Shown here piece by piece: positions 45,402-54,852 of a stretch of DNA of 64,000 nt (position 1 is its first letter; every line of letters begins with the position of its first letter). Under the pieces are notes generated by a model. That model was given only the letters and a program-made list of their open reading frames with translations, was not told the origin of the DNA and did not search any database. Origin of the DNA: Nanobdellota archaeon (GTDB taxonomy: Archaea; Nanobdellota; Nanobdellia; Pacearchaeales; GW2011-AR1); contig JBBSXO010000003.1 in NCBI GenBank assembly GCA_038045705.1, forward strand, positions 32,001 through 96,000, in the 5' to 3' direction. Position numbers and translations under genes: made by a program.

Positions 45402-46712
45402 ATGTCTTACGATATAATCTTAGGCAGAGACGCCTCAGATAAAAAGAAGTTTGGTACTGCAGGCCTTATACATATAGGAAAAGGTTATGTCACAATGGGG
45501 AACTATACCTCAATGTCAAATAATATTTACTTAGATGTAGCAAGATCTCATGTAATTCTAGTGGCTGGCAAACGTGGAAGTGGCAAAAGTTATTCGATAG
45601 GAGTAATCACAGAAGAAATAGCAAATCTACCACAAGAACTTGCTAGAAACATAGCACCAATAATCTTCGATACAATGGGAATTTTCTGGACAATGAAATT
45701 CAAAAACGAAAAAGACAAAGATATTCTAAACGAATGGAACTTAGAAGCAAAAGAATCTCCAATAAAAGTATTTGCTCCAATAGGTAAAATTGAAGAGTAT
45801 AAAGAAAAGGGAATCCCTGTAGATGAATCATTCGCCTTAAAAGCCAGCGAACTAGAAGCAGAAGACTGGATAATTACTTTCAATTTATTAATGACATCTC
45901 AAGAAGGTGTTCTAATAACTAACACAATATCCAAACTAAAACAAGAAACAGATAGCTTCACAATTCAAGATATAATAAAACAAGTAACACACACCCATAA
46001 TGTAAGTCAAGAAACAAAAAATGTAGCAAGTTCATTATTCCAGGCAGCAGAAAGCTGGGGCATATTCTCAAAGTCAAATGAAGGAACAAAAATTACAGAC
46101 TTGGTAAATGCAGGAAAGACAACAATTATAGATTTATCAGTTTACAGTTCTATAGGTTCTTTCAATGTTAGAGGTCTAGTAATAGGTTTAGTAAGTAAAA
46201 AATTATTCAATGAAAGAATAAACGCTAGAAAAAAGGAAGAAATTCAGTCAATTCAACACGGAATAGATTATATGTCTTATAATCCAACAAGAGAAAATCC
46301 TCTAATTTGGCTCTTTATAGACGAGGCTCATGAGTTCTTGAAAAAAAATGAAAAAACGCCAGCAACAGATGCATTAGTACAAATTTTAAGAGAAGGACGT
46401 CAGCCTGGTATTTCACTAGTTCTAGCAACCCAGCAACCAGGACAAATACACAATGACGTAATGACTCAATCAGATATAGTCATCTCGCACAGAGTCACAT
46501 CTAAGCCAGATATTGAAGCTCTAAATCAAATAATGCAATCTTACCTATTAGAAAGCATCAAATCCTCAATGGACAAATTACCATCAAGCAAGGGTTCAGC
46601 AATAATTCTAGATGACAATTCTGAAAGAATCTATCCAATGAGAATGCGTCCAAGACTCACATGGCATGGGGGAGAGTCTCCATCAGCAGTGAAGGGTCAG
46701 TCCTCTTTATAG
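45402..46712 (+). CDS. HerA/FtsK-family (DUF87) ATPase
   Basis: HVILVAGKRGSGKSY, FDTMG, FIDEAHEF, LREGRQPGISLVLATQQP. Confidence 0.9.
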   Translation: MSYDIILGRDASDKKKFGTAGLIHIGKGYVTMGNYTSMSNNIYLDVARSHVILVAGKRGSGKSYSIGVITEEIANLPQELARNIAPIIFDTMGIFWTMKFKNEKDKDILNEWNLEAKESPIKVFAPIGKIEEYKEKGIPVDESFALKASELEAEDWIITFNLLMTSQEGVLITNTISKLKQETDSFTIQDIIKQVTHTHNVSQETKNVASSLFQAAESWGIFSKSNEGTKITDLVNAGKTTIIDLSVYSSIGSFNVRGLVIGLVSKKLFNERINARKKEEIQSIQHGIDYMSYNPTRENPLIWLFIDEAHEFLKKNEKTPATDALVQILREGRQPGISLVLATQQPGQIHNDVMTQSDIVISHRVTSKPDIEALNQIMQSYLLESIKSSMDKLPSSKGSAIILDDNSERIYPMRMRPRLTWHGGESPSAVKGQSSL

Positions 46713-46746
46713 AAAAATTTAAATATTAGTTATACTGTTTATACGT

Positions 46747-46971
46747 ATGATAGAAGTAAGAACAAAATTAAAAAAATGGGGAAACTCATTCGGAGTAGTT
46801 GTACCTATAAGTTCAGCTGAAAAGGAAGGAGCAAAGGAAGGAGATGAAGTAATAGTTTTGATGAAAAAAGAAAAGGGGAATGTGTTAAGAGAGACTTTCG
46901 GCACCTCAAAGTCAAAAAAATCAGTAAAGGAATTGATGAAAGAAATTGATGAGGAATTAGATTTTGGTTAG
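46747..46971 (+). CDS. AbrB-family antitoxin
   Basis: KKWGNSFGVVVP. Confidence 0.9.
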   Translation: MIEVRTKLKKWGNSFGVVVPISSAEKEGAKEGDEVIVLMKKEKGNVLRETFGTSKSKKSVKELMKEIDEELDFG

Positions 46972-47326
46972 ATATTTTTTTGATTCTTATGCAATTATGG
47001 AAATAATTGAGGGAAACTCGAATTACGAAATTTACTTAGACTCCGAAATTGTAATAAATAACTTTAATTTCGCGGAATTATGCTATGGGTGGTTCAGAAA
47101 TAAAGAGAAAAATGTTGAAATTTATATCAAAAAATATTCAAAGCATATAGTATCTGTTAACCCAGATTGGATTGAAGAAGCCATGAAGTTCAGAGCGGAG
47201 TGGAAAGATAGAAAAGTGTCTGTTCCAGACTGCATAGGATACATTATGGCTAAAAAACTTGGAATACTTTTTCTAACAGGAGACAAAGAATTCAAAGACT
47301 TAGATAATGTAGAATTTGTAAAGTAA
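46964..47326 (+). CDS. VapC/PIN toxin
   Basis: FFDSYAIME, NFAE, SVPDCIGY, LTGDKEF. Confidence 0.9.
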   Translation: MVRYFFDSYAIMEIIEGNSNYEIYLDSEIVINNFNFAELCYGWFRNKEKNVEIYIKKYSKHIVSVNPDWIEEAMKFRAEWKDRKVSVPDCIGYIMAKKLGILFLTGDKEFKDLDNVEFVK

Positions 47327-47367
47327 CCAATAGTAAGCTTTTTAAACCACTTTTTGATAGTAACATC

Positions 47368-48093
47368 ATGACAAAATTACCATTGGTTATTGGAGTGGGA
47401 GGTCTTCTTGAACAAGGAGAATCTGGAAGAATCCAAGAAATGCTACAGGCAATGAAAGATAAAGGTTGTATAGTTTATGCCCCAAGATTTGGTACAATCT
47501 GTAAAGATGGTAATACTATAATTTGTCCAGTAAATGGAAATTGGATTGAGGATATAGGTAGAGTAGTGAGAGAAGCTCTTTCAAATGAAAGAGTAGATCC
47601 TTATAGAATAGGATTTATTGCCTCTAGTTTAGGAGCTACTTTCTTAGATTATTTTTTAGCATCAGATACAAACCTACCTGATAAAATAAAACCTTATGTT
47701 TCAATAGTACCTTTTGCAAAGCCCCATCCAGGAATAAAGCCACATGTTCAAAGAATGATTGACGGAAAAGTAGATCTTGACGTAAGTTTCCCTCATGATA
47801 GAGAAAGAGGAGTAACTCGTATAATTCCATCACGTTGCCTAGAAACAGTGCTTGACATTGATGTTCCAAAAGCATTATCTATCGATAAAAAAAGCTATTC
47901 AATAAACCCCTTAACAATATTAGGTTCTAAAGATGATCGCTGTGACAATTCTGCAACAAAACAAAGACACCATATTCTTTCAGGCAAGCCAGAGAATCTT
48001 GTAGAATTGCCTGAATATGGTCATAGCATTCCTCAAGAAAAAGTTCAAGATAGAGTTTTAGAATTTATGTATGAGGGGTTAGGAATTAATTAA
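47368..48093 (+). CDS. Alpha/beta-fold hydrolase
   Basis: VDPYRIGFIASSLGA nucleophile elbow, GSKDD, GHS. Confidence 0.75.
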   Translation: MTKLPLVIGVGGLLEQGESGRIQEMLQAMKDKGCIVYAPRFGTICKDGNTIICPVNGNWIEDIGRVVREALSNERVDPYRIGFIASSLGATFLDYFLASDTNLPDKIKPYVSIVPFAKPHPGIKPHVQRMIDGKVDLDVSFPHDRERGVTRIIPSRCLETVLDIDVPKALSIDKKSYSINPLTILGSKDDRCDNSATKQRHHILSGKPENLVELPEYGHSIPQEKVQDRVLEFMYEGLGIN

Positions 48094-48871
48094 CAATAAT
48101 ATCCGCCCTATACCTAAACTTCCTAGCACCAATATCGCCTGCTTTCACAATACGCAATATCTTAACCTTCTTCCCAGCTCTAAAGGCCTCATTAATTATC
48201 AGCTCATTCAATTTATCAACTTCATCCTCAAGATAAAATCCGTAATAATGAATTATTGTTCCTTTTTTTGTAACTCTAAAAGCAACATCCAAAAAGCTAT
48301 CCTCAAGGTTAGGTCTAGTCATCAGAATTCTATCAAAATTACCACTAACCTTCTTACCCTTGCCAATAACTCTTCTTACATCTCCCTGAACAACATGAAC
48401 TTTTCCAATTAATTTGTTACGTTTAACATTTTCCAAAGCATACTTGCTAGCATCTTTACCCAATTCAACACTATAAACCTCAGAAGCTTTAGAACTTTTA
48501 CCAATTACAATGCTAAATGGACCTACCCCAGCAAACATAACTAAGACACGCTCTCCTTTCTTAATCATTTTAGAAACATTCTTCCTTTCCTCACTCAAAC
48601 GAGGAGAAAAATAACAAGTCTCAACATTAAATCTAAACTCACAACCATTCTCTCGGTATAAAGCCTCTAATGTCTTCTCACCTGCAATAAACCTAGTCTT
48701 TAAAGTTCTAAGTCTTCCAGAAAACTTACCAACCTTCTCAAGAACAGTTGTAACGCTTTTATTCTTCTTTAAATAATCAACAGCAAATTTCTTTTTAAAA
48801 TTAGCAGACTTACTTCTATCAAACTTAATTATGACAATATTTCCGACAACATCATACCCAATTTTATTCAT
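48086..48871 (-). CDS. trm5: Trm5/Tyw2-family tRNA methyltransferase
   Basis: YDVVGNI, RENGCEF, YFSPRLSEER, MFAGVGPF, FDRILM; probable start MNKIGY. Confidence 0.85.
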   Translation of the reverse strand: MNKIGYDVVGNIVIIKFDRSKSANFKKKFAVDYLKKNKSVTTVLEKVGKFSGRLRTLKTRFIAGEKTLEALYRENGCEFRFNVETCYFSPRLSEERKNVSKMIKKGERVLVMFAGVGPFSIVIGKSSKASEVYSVELGKDASKYALENVKRNKLIGKVHVVQGDVRRVIGKGKKVSGNFDRILMTRPNLEDSFLDVAFRVTKKGTIIHYYGFYLEDEVDKLNELIINEAFRAGKKVKILRIVKAGDIGARKFRYRADIIVN

Positions 48872-48921
48872 ATTGGAAAATTGGGGGGACTTCAAATTTC
48901 GATTTGATGGATATCCAATTC

Positions 48922-49353
48922 TCATTTTAAAATCTCCACAATTTGTTCATAAAAAGCTTCTGCATCTTCAATACATAATTTAGCCTCATCTTTGTCAGCA
49001 GAATAATCAAAACCATATAAAATTTCTTTCCTCTCACTCTGATGATTCAGAAAAGATTCCAATAAACCAGTAGATATTAAATTAGAATGTTTTTCTTTTA
49101 AATAAACATAAACAGCATAATGGCTTTTTTCCTGAATTCCATCCTTATACAGAAAAGCTCTTGCAATATGAAACATAGAGGTGTAAGCACTTAAAATGCT
49201 TTGCTCATAAAAACCAGATTTAAAGAGTTCGTTTGCTTCTTTTAACTTTTTTTCGGAAATAATGACAGATTGTTTAGATTTACCTAGATCAGCCCCAACT
49301 TTCCTAAGCTTCCTTTCCTCAAATAAATCCTTAACACTAACCATATCAATCAA
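48922..49353 (-). CDS. HEPN-domain protein
   Basis: AYTSMFHIARAFL, EKSH, RKEILY (R-x4-Y variant). Confidence 0.85.
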   Translation of the reverse strand: MIDMVSVKDLFEERKLRKVGADLGKSKQSVIISEKKLKEANELFKSGFYEQSILSAYTSMFHIARAFLYKDGIQEKSHYAVYVYLKEKHSNLISTGLLESFLNHQSERKEILYGFDYSADKDEAKLCIEDAEAFYEQIVEILK

Positions 49354-49906
49354 CCAAAGGTTTGTCTCCTATTAATGCTATTCCATCCTTGATAACATCT
49401 TGGTAAAATGCCTTGTTATTGAGAGCTTGCTTCTTCCACTCTGCCCATGTAAATATATATGCTTGTATTTCTTTGCCAATTTTCTCTTCAAATTTTCTAA
49501 AATCCATTTTTTTATTAACTGAAACAATCAGAATATCCAAATCACTCTTGGGATCATCTAATCCTTTAGCAACACTTCCAAAAACAATAAGGTTAGAGAC
49601 ACCACTTTCTTTAAAATAATCAATCATACCACTATTTTCAATTCCATTTAAAGAGAATATTATTTTCAACTGCCTAAATACAACACTTTCAAGATTTGAC
49701 TTGAAACATCTTAAATTACCTCTTTTAATTTCATTAATCCATCTATTCCTCAAAAATAAGTTAAGAAACCTTTGTGCAGAATTAGGACTAATCTTTAAAA
49801 CACGAGAAAATTCCCTTATATATATTTCATCATAAGGATTTTCAACAAACCACTTCAAAGCAATTAAGACAAGAACCTCTCCAGAATCAATGTTATATTT
49901 TTTCAT
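49346..49906 (-). CDS. Minimal nucleotidyltransferase with N-terminal wHTH (MNT antitoxin)
   Basis: YIREFSR HTH; FGSVAKG...SDLDILIV. Confidence 0.9.
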   Translation of the reverse strand: MKKYNIDSGEVLVLIALKWFVENPYDEIYIREFSRVLKISPNSAQRFLNLFLRNRWINEIKRGNLRCFKSNLESVVFRQLKIIFSLNGIENSGMIDYFKESGVSNLIVFGSVAKGLDDPKSDLDILIVSVNKKMDFRKFEEKIGKEIQAYIFTWAEWKKQALNNKAFYQDVIKDGIALIGDKPLVD

Positions 49907-49991
49907 ACAGTTGTATGAAAAAATAACTATTTAAACTTTAGCAACAAACATAATCTACCATTCCATAAAAAAGTAAAAATAGATTCAGTTG

Positions 49992-50783
49992 TTAAAGTCC
50001 TTTTTGTAATTCAGTTGCCCTCTTTTCTAGTTTCTTAATTTGTTCTTTAGCTATATTTTCAGCCCTAGCCCCTCTATAATGTCCCGCATCCAAGAGTCTT
50101 TCAATTCTAGCAACTTCTTCACTAATGTTAGCAATAGCACTAACTAATTGCGATTTGTTGCCTTTTCTCATAGAGTTTAACTCTAACCAACGAGAAACCC
50201 ATGTATCAAAGATGAAAGCATAAATTAAAGATCCAATCGCACCCCACAAATAAACTTCTGAATAAGCAGTCAACTCAGTAGTTGCCCACAAACCAAAATA
50301 AATAACTGCATAAAATACCCAAGCCATTTTACGTAACCACCCGTCCAAATCTTTAACAAAATACCAATATATCATAAAAGGAAGTATTCCAGCAATAGCA
50401 ATAAACAAAACTTGATATTGTACTAGAATAGTTCCAATCCAAATATAATTCAAGTTTCTAACTCCTAGCAACCCAATGATTATAGCAACTAATCTCAATA
50501 TACCCTTATGTTTGAAGCCTTGAAAGAAAGGTAAGTTTCCTAAAATAACTCCGACAATTATAGATATAAGAATAAACAATAATATCTTCTCAAAAAGAAG
50601 ATATCCTGTCCAATCATTTCCACCGAGTAAAACTCTAAAGATAGGTTCTAAATTCTGAACAATAGAATCTATAACTTGTTCAGTCCCATACCAAAATCCA
50701 CCACCATAGTATTGAGCAGATACAAAAGGAACTAACACCAAAACAAGGAAAAACAATCCAAACGCAACTTTACTCATAATCAA
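49992..50783 (-). CDS. Multi-pass membrane protein, paralog 4
   Basis: Signal ...FVSAQ, ~5-6 TMs, C-terminal coiled coil. Confidence 0.8.
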   Translation of the reverse strand: MIMSKVAFGLFFLVLVLVPFVSAQYYGGGFWYGTEQVIDSIVQNLEPIFRVLLGGNDWTGYLLFEKILLFILISIIVGVILGNLPFFQGFKHKGILRLVAIIIGLLGVRNLNYIWIGTILVQYQVLFIAIAGILPFMIYWYFVKDLDGWLRKMAWVFYAVIYFGLWATTELTAYSEVYLWGAIGSLIYAFIFDTWVSRWLELNSMRKGNKSQLVSAIANISEEVARIERLLDAGHYRGARAENIAKEQIKKLEKRATELQKGL

Positions 50784-50813
50784 ATAAAAACAAAAGAGGT
50801 TATAAAACTTATC

Positions 50814-51587
50814 TTAAGTTAAGTCCTCTATTTTCCTCACAATTTTTGCTTTTTGACGATCGTAAAAATTCTGGTCAGTTATAGCTCCGGTCCTATAATC
50901 CTCTTCTAATTGAATTAGTTCCCTTCTATAATGTGTCTTAGTTTTTTCATTTACCTCAGAATACATACTCTCAATTTTAATTTTATTAAGAGTCATATTA
51001 ATAATATTATTACAGAAAAATGTGATTATGCAAGCGCCAGCACAAAGACCGTAGACCCAAGCAACTTTTGTTCCCAGATCATCAAGACGCGTCCAATACA
51101 AAAAGATAAAGACACATCCCGCAACAATCCAAGCAGCTCTTTGAAGAGTCTTACTTCCAATAGCACTATATACAAAATAAGTGTAAATAGCCAGAGGAAG
51201 AACACTTACTACTGCAATCCCTAAAGTATTATAAGGTAATAATATTGCATTTACCCATTCCGCAGAAATAAATCTAACACCTAAAAGAGACACAACAATC
51301 GAAACAAAACCAACTGTCGAACGATTATGTGTAAAAAGAGGCATTCTCCCAAGAATAATCCATATTACAGAAACAATTACTAAGAATAATAGAATCTTAG
51401 CAAAAAATATTTCACTATTGCCTGGTCCAACTTCAGGTCCAAGCAAAAAAACAAAAAGAGGTTCAATTAAATTACCATATAGGCCAGAAAAAAAATCTCG
51501 CGTTCTAGGAAAAACATCTGATTGAGCACTAACAAAAAAACTGAACGCAACAGTAAAAAACAAAGATAACGAAAGCAACCGCCTCAT
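50814..51587 (-). CDS. Multi-pass membrane protein, paralog 3
   Basis: ...FVSAQ, KILLF, MPLF, ILLPYNTLGI, RAAW. Confidence 0.8.
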   Translation of the reverse strand: MRRLLSLSLFFTVAFSFFVSAQSDVFPRTRDFFSGLYGNLIEPLFVFLLGPEVGPGNSEIFFAKILLFLVIVSVIWIILGRMPLFTHNRSTVGFVSIVVSLLGVRFISAEWVNAILLPYNTLGIAVVSVLPLAIYTYFVYSAIGSKTLQRAAWIVAGCVFIFLYWTRLDDLGTKVAWVYGLCAGACIITFFCNNIINMTLNKIKIESMYSEVNEKTKTHYRRELIQLEEDYRTGAITDQNFYDRQKAKIVRKIEDLT

Positions 51588-51637
51588 CAGGAGTCAACTC
51601 AGACAATCTTTATAAAGATAATTATTTGTTTCAAAAT

Positions 51638-52333
51638 TCATTTTTTGTTATCCTCTTCTACGTCATATGCTTTAAGTTCTTCTTTTTGAAGTTTATGCAA
51701 CAACTTAGCACGAGATGCAACAATCCTTCCTTCCTGTTTAATTTGACTTAATTCTCCTTTGAATATTGCTTCCCTTATTGCAGGAATAAAGAAAAACATG
51801 AATATTCCTCCAATAATAGCACCAAAATAAGGAATATGACTTGCAGAAAAGAATGGCTCAGATCCACTTAAAGTCATATATAATAAAAATCCAAAATAAT
51901 ACAAAGCATAAAACATCCATAAAACTCTTCCAACTAAAGCACTCTGTATTCTAACAGTAAATATCAAAATGATCAAAAGAGGAATAATAGTTAGTATAGC
52001 ACTACCCAAAGCTCCATAATTAGTAAGAACTGCAGAAAGAAGATCATCAGGAGTCAAAACAACAGATAAGACTGTCACAATTGCAGTCATCCCAATAGTA
52101 AAATACCACTTTCGTTTAAAGACTACATCCACAGTAGTGTATAAAACCATAAACAAAAGAATACTAAACAAGAATTTAGTGGCAATCTCACGAGTACTAA
52201 ATAAGAAAGAAAGAGTATTGGTGAACCAATTACCTAGATCGCTAAAAAATGGAATAGTCTCAGAAGTTTGAGCAGAAACTAAAGGGAATAATAAAATTAA
52301 ACTCAAAACATTTTTAAATTTTTTAAAGAGCAT
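51638..52333 (-). CDS. Multi-pass membrane protein, paralog 2
   Basis: ...LVSAQ, YGALG..ILTIIP, RVLW, IFKG. Confidence 0.8.
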   Translation of the reverse strand: MLFKKFKNVLSLILLFPLVSAQTSETIPFFSDLGNWFTNTLSFLFSTREIATKFLFSILLFMVLYTTVDVVFKRKWYFTIGMTAIVTVLSVVLTPDDLLSAVLTNYGALGSAILTIIPLLIILIFTVRIQSALVGRVLWMFYALYYFGFLLYMTLSGSEPFFSASHIPYFGAIIGGIFMFFFIPAIREAIFKGELSQIKQEGRIVASRAKLLHKLQKEELKAYDVEEDNKK

Positions 52334-52342
52334 TCTAACTCC

Positions 52343-53116
52343 TTAAGAAAGTTTTCTACTTCCAAGCTTAGCTTCGTCAACTCCAAGTTCTATAGAGGCA
52401 CGTTGCCTATCAAACGCCATTTGAAGCCTACGCTCTTGAAGATATTTTCTAGCTTCGGATCCATCACCACCAAGCTTCCCCTTAAAAATTCTATATTCTA
52501 ATTCTTCTCCTTTCCAAATCATGCCTGCAGCTAAAAGACAACCAACAAAATAAACTAAAGAATACCAAGTCTTCGAATCTTCAAGATTCGACCCATATAG
52601 ATTATAAATTCCTAAGATAAGAAAAGAAAGAACAAAAAGAGCCCATAATGCACGTCTAAAGAATACATTTCTTATTGTAGCATGAACAAAAGTAAACATG
52701 AAAATGAAAGGTATAGCCGTAATTATAACAAGCCCTAAAGCAGAATAAGGATTAACCGCGAGCCTAAGAATTTCTGGAGGAATCAACATAACTGAAAGTG
52801 TAGTAATTATCAAAGAAAGAATAGTTCTAGTAAACACATCCCTTTTAGCAAATAAAGGGATTACATTTATTATAGACCCAATAACCATAAAGACAAGTAT
52901 GAAGAACAAAACAGTAATCGTCAAGTTATCGTTATTTCTATAATCCGTTAATCTAAGGAAGAATTCTTTAGCATCGGCAGTTATGCTTCTAAAAAATTCA
53001 TTAATTGAATTAGTAGAAGATTGCTGAGCTGAAATTAATGGAGAAGCAATCAGAACCAATACAAGAAAGATAGAAAACAATTGAAAAGCACGATTAAACC
53101 TCACCATGAATACCAA
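52343..53116 (-). CDS. Multi-pass membrane protein, paralog 1
   Basis: ...LISAQ, IPLF, PYSALG..IITAIPF, RRALW, IFKG. Confidence 0.8.
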   Translation of the reverse strand: MVFMVRFNRAFQLFSIFLVLVLIASPLISAQQSSTNSINEFFRSITADAKEFFLRLTDYRNNDNLTITVLFFILVFMVIGSIINVIPLFAKRDVFTRTILSLIITTLSVMLIPPEILRLAVNPYSALGLVIITAIPFIFMFTFVHATIRNVFFRRALWALFVLSFLILGIYNLYGSNLEDSKTWYSLVYFVGCLLAAGMIWKGEELEYRIFKGKLGGDGSEARKYLQERRLQMAFDRQRASIELGVDEAKLGSRKLS

Positions 53117-53197
53117 AGAAATAAGAACTTTATAAATCTTATTGAATCGATTTATACAATTACTAAAGTTTAAATCAAATAAATAACTGAATTATAT

Positions 53198-53872
53198 ATG
53201 GAATCAAAGAAAGTATTATTAATAATATTAATTATAGTCTTATTTTCAGTTTTGACAGGAGTAAAAGCAGCGCTAGAAGATACTGAAAAACAAATTGAAG
53301 ATAATACTGGAAAACTAGAAGATGTCGCTGATAACATAAGGAAAGTAAACAATAAAGATTTTAGAAATGAATTAATCGCAAAAGAAAGTCTATACTTCTT
53401 AAATAAAACAAGTCCGGGAAGAGCAATAATAAAAGCAAATGATTGGATAAAAAAAGTCAATCCATTCTGGAATCTTGTTCTAGGGGTTAATTATTCTTTT
53501 TCATGGGGTTTTTGGATATCATTTCTGATTTGGTTAATCCTTTTCTTTCTAATTCTACCACCTACTAAAATTTTCTTTAAAAATAATATTTATTCAATAT
53601 TAAGTTCATTTGCAATTACTTCACTTATCGGACTAGCAGGAATTATTAGAGAAACAGTTAATTTATTAGGAATAATTATAACAAATAAAATATCTGCCGG
53701 AATAGTCTTAATAATTTCAATAGGATTAGTAGTTTTATCTGAAAAAACCAAGAAATTATGGAAAGGACTCAAAGAAAAGGAAGCAAAGAAACAACAAGAA
53801 AGAGATAGAGAAGTTCTTAGAATAGAAGCTGAAAACATTAAGAATCAAACAAATAAGAAAAAAGACAACTGA
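53198..53872 (+). CDS. Membrane protein with signal peptide, coiled coil and 3 TMs
   Basis: 224 aa; divergent from paralog array. Confidence 0.75.
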   Translation: MESKKVLLIILIIVLFSVLTGVKAALEDTEKQIEDNTGKLEDVADNIRKVNNKDFRNELIAKESLYFLNKTSPGRAIIKANDWIKKVNPFWNLVLGVNYSFSWGFWISFLIWLILFFLILPPTKIFFKNNIYSILSSFAITSLIGLAGIIRETVNLLGIIITNKISAGIVLIISIGLVVLSEKTKKLWKGLKEKEAKKQQERDREVLRIEAENIKNQTNKKKDN

Positions 53873-53902
53873 ACAAGCATACCCAGATAAGCTAACAGTA
53901 TC

Positions 53903-54208
53903 TTAAAACAAACTCCTCAACTCTTTCTTCGTCTTAAACTTATTTAATCTATCTTCATTCAATCTCTTCAAAACCTCACGACCTTTTTCAGTTTTCACAA
54001 GATTTTTGTAAAATTCATCTGCCTTGATAAACTGCGAATCAATCAAATCTGCTTGTCCCTTGCTCCAGACTTCATCAGAATTTAATTTCATAAACTCAGC
54101 CCAATATTTTATTGACCAAATTCTGCTTCTGAAGTTTCTGGTTTTATCATTATTGACAGGAAAATCAACAAATATATTTTTAGGATCTACTTTTGCAACC
54201 ATTTCCAC
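53903..54208 (-). CDS. Hypothetical protein coupled to nucleotidyltransferase-like gene
   Basis: 101 aa; overlaps 54187..54816. Confidence 0.65.
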   Translation of the reverse strand: MEMVAKVDPKNIFVDFPVNNDKTRNFRSRIWSIKYWAEFMKLNSDEVWSKGQADLIDSQFIKADEFYKNLVKTEKGREVLKRLNEDRLNKFKTKKELRSLF

Positions 54209-54816
54209 ATCTCCTGCACTTTAAACAAATTAACATAATAAATAAGTTTTTTCATGTTAAGTCCATCTCTGAAATAAGTATAAAGATGTTTTGCATCTTC
54301 AAAGTCCTTATCAGAACTTATTTCTTCAAAATCTCCTTTTGAAATAAGAGAAAGTTTGTAAGCTATCTGCAGTTCCAAAGGAGAAATATAGAGATTAGTT
54401 GTATCCTTATCCAATACAACCTTTAATTTTCCATTAAGTGCTTCTTTCTGGATATCGTTTATTATTTTTTTAAATTCCATATGAGGTACTGGCATACCTG
54501 CTCTGGAAAAAGCAATTGAATGATAATCAAGCATACTAAATGCATCCTTTGAAATAGAAGTATTAATACATTCAAAATTGTTTTTTTCAAGCTCAACAAA
54601 AATTTCATCAAATTTTTCAAAATTCATCTCAGGAACTAACAAATCAACATCTTCAGAAGCTCTCGTTCTTCCAAGCAAAATAGATACATATCCAGAAACA
54701 ATAACATAATCCGTAAATTTCTCTAATATTTTAACAAATTCTAAAGTAAATTTGTCAAGCTCATTTAAGACCTTTCTTGTATAAATTTCTTTTTTTTGAG
54801 CATTATAATCCATCAA
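54187..54816 (-). CDS. Nucleotidyltransferase-fold protein (AbiEii/DUF6036-like)
   Basis: YVIVSGYVSILLGRTRASEDVDLL, SPLELQIAYKL, KDFEDAKHL. Confidence 0.7.
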   Translation of the reverse strand: MMDYNAQKKEIYTRKVLNELDKFTLEFVKILEKFTDYVIVSGYVSILLGRTRASEDVDLLVPEMNFEKFDEIFVELEKNNFECINTSISKDAFSMLDYHSIAFSRAGMPVPHMEFKKIINDIQKEALNGKLKVVLDKDTTNLYISPLELQIAYKLSLISKGDFEEISSDKDFEDAKHLYTYFRDGLNMKKLIYYVNLFKVQEMWKWLQK

Positions 54817-54852
54817 ATCTCAAAATGAAATAACTATATATCAATTTCTATA

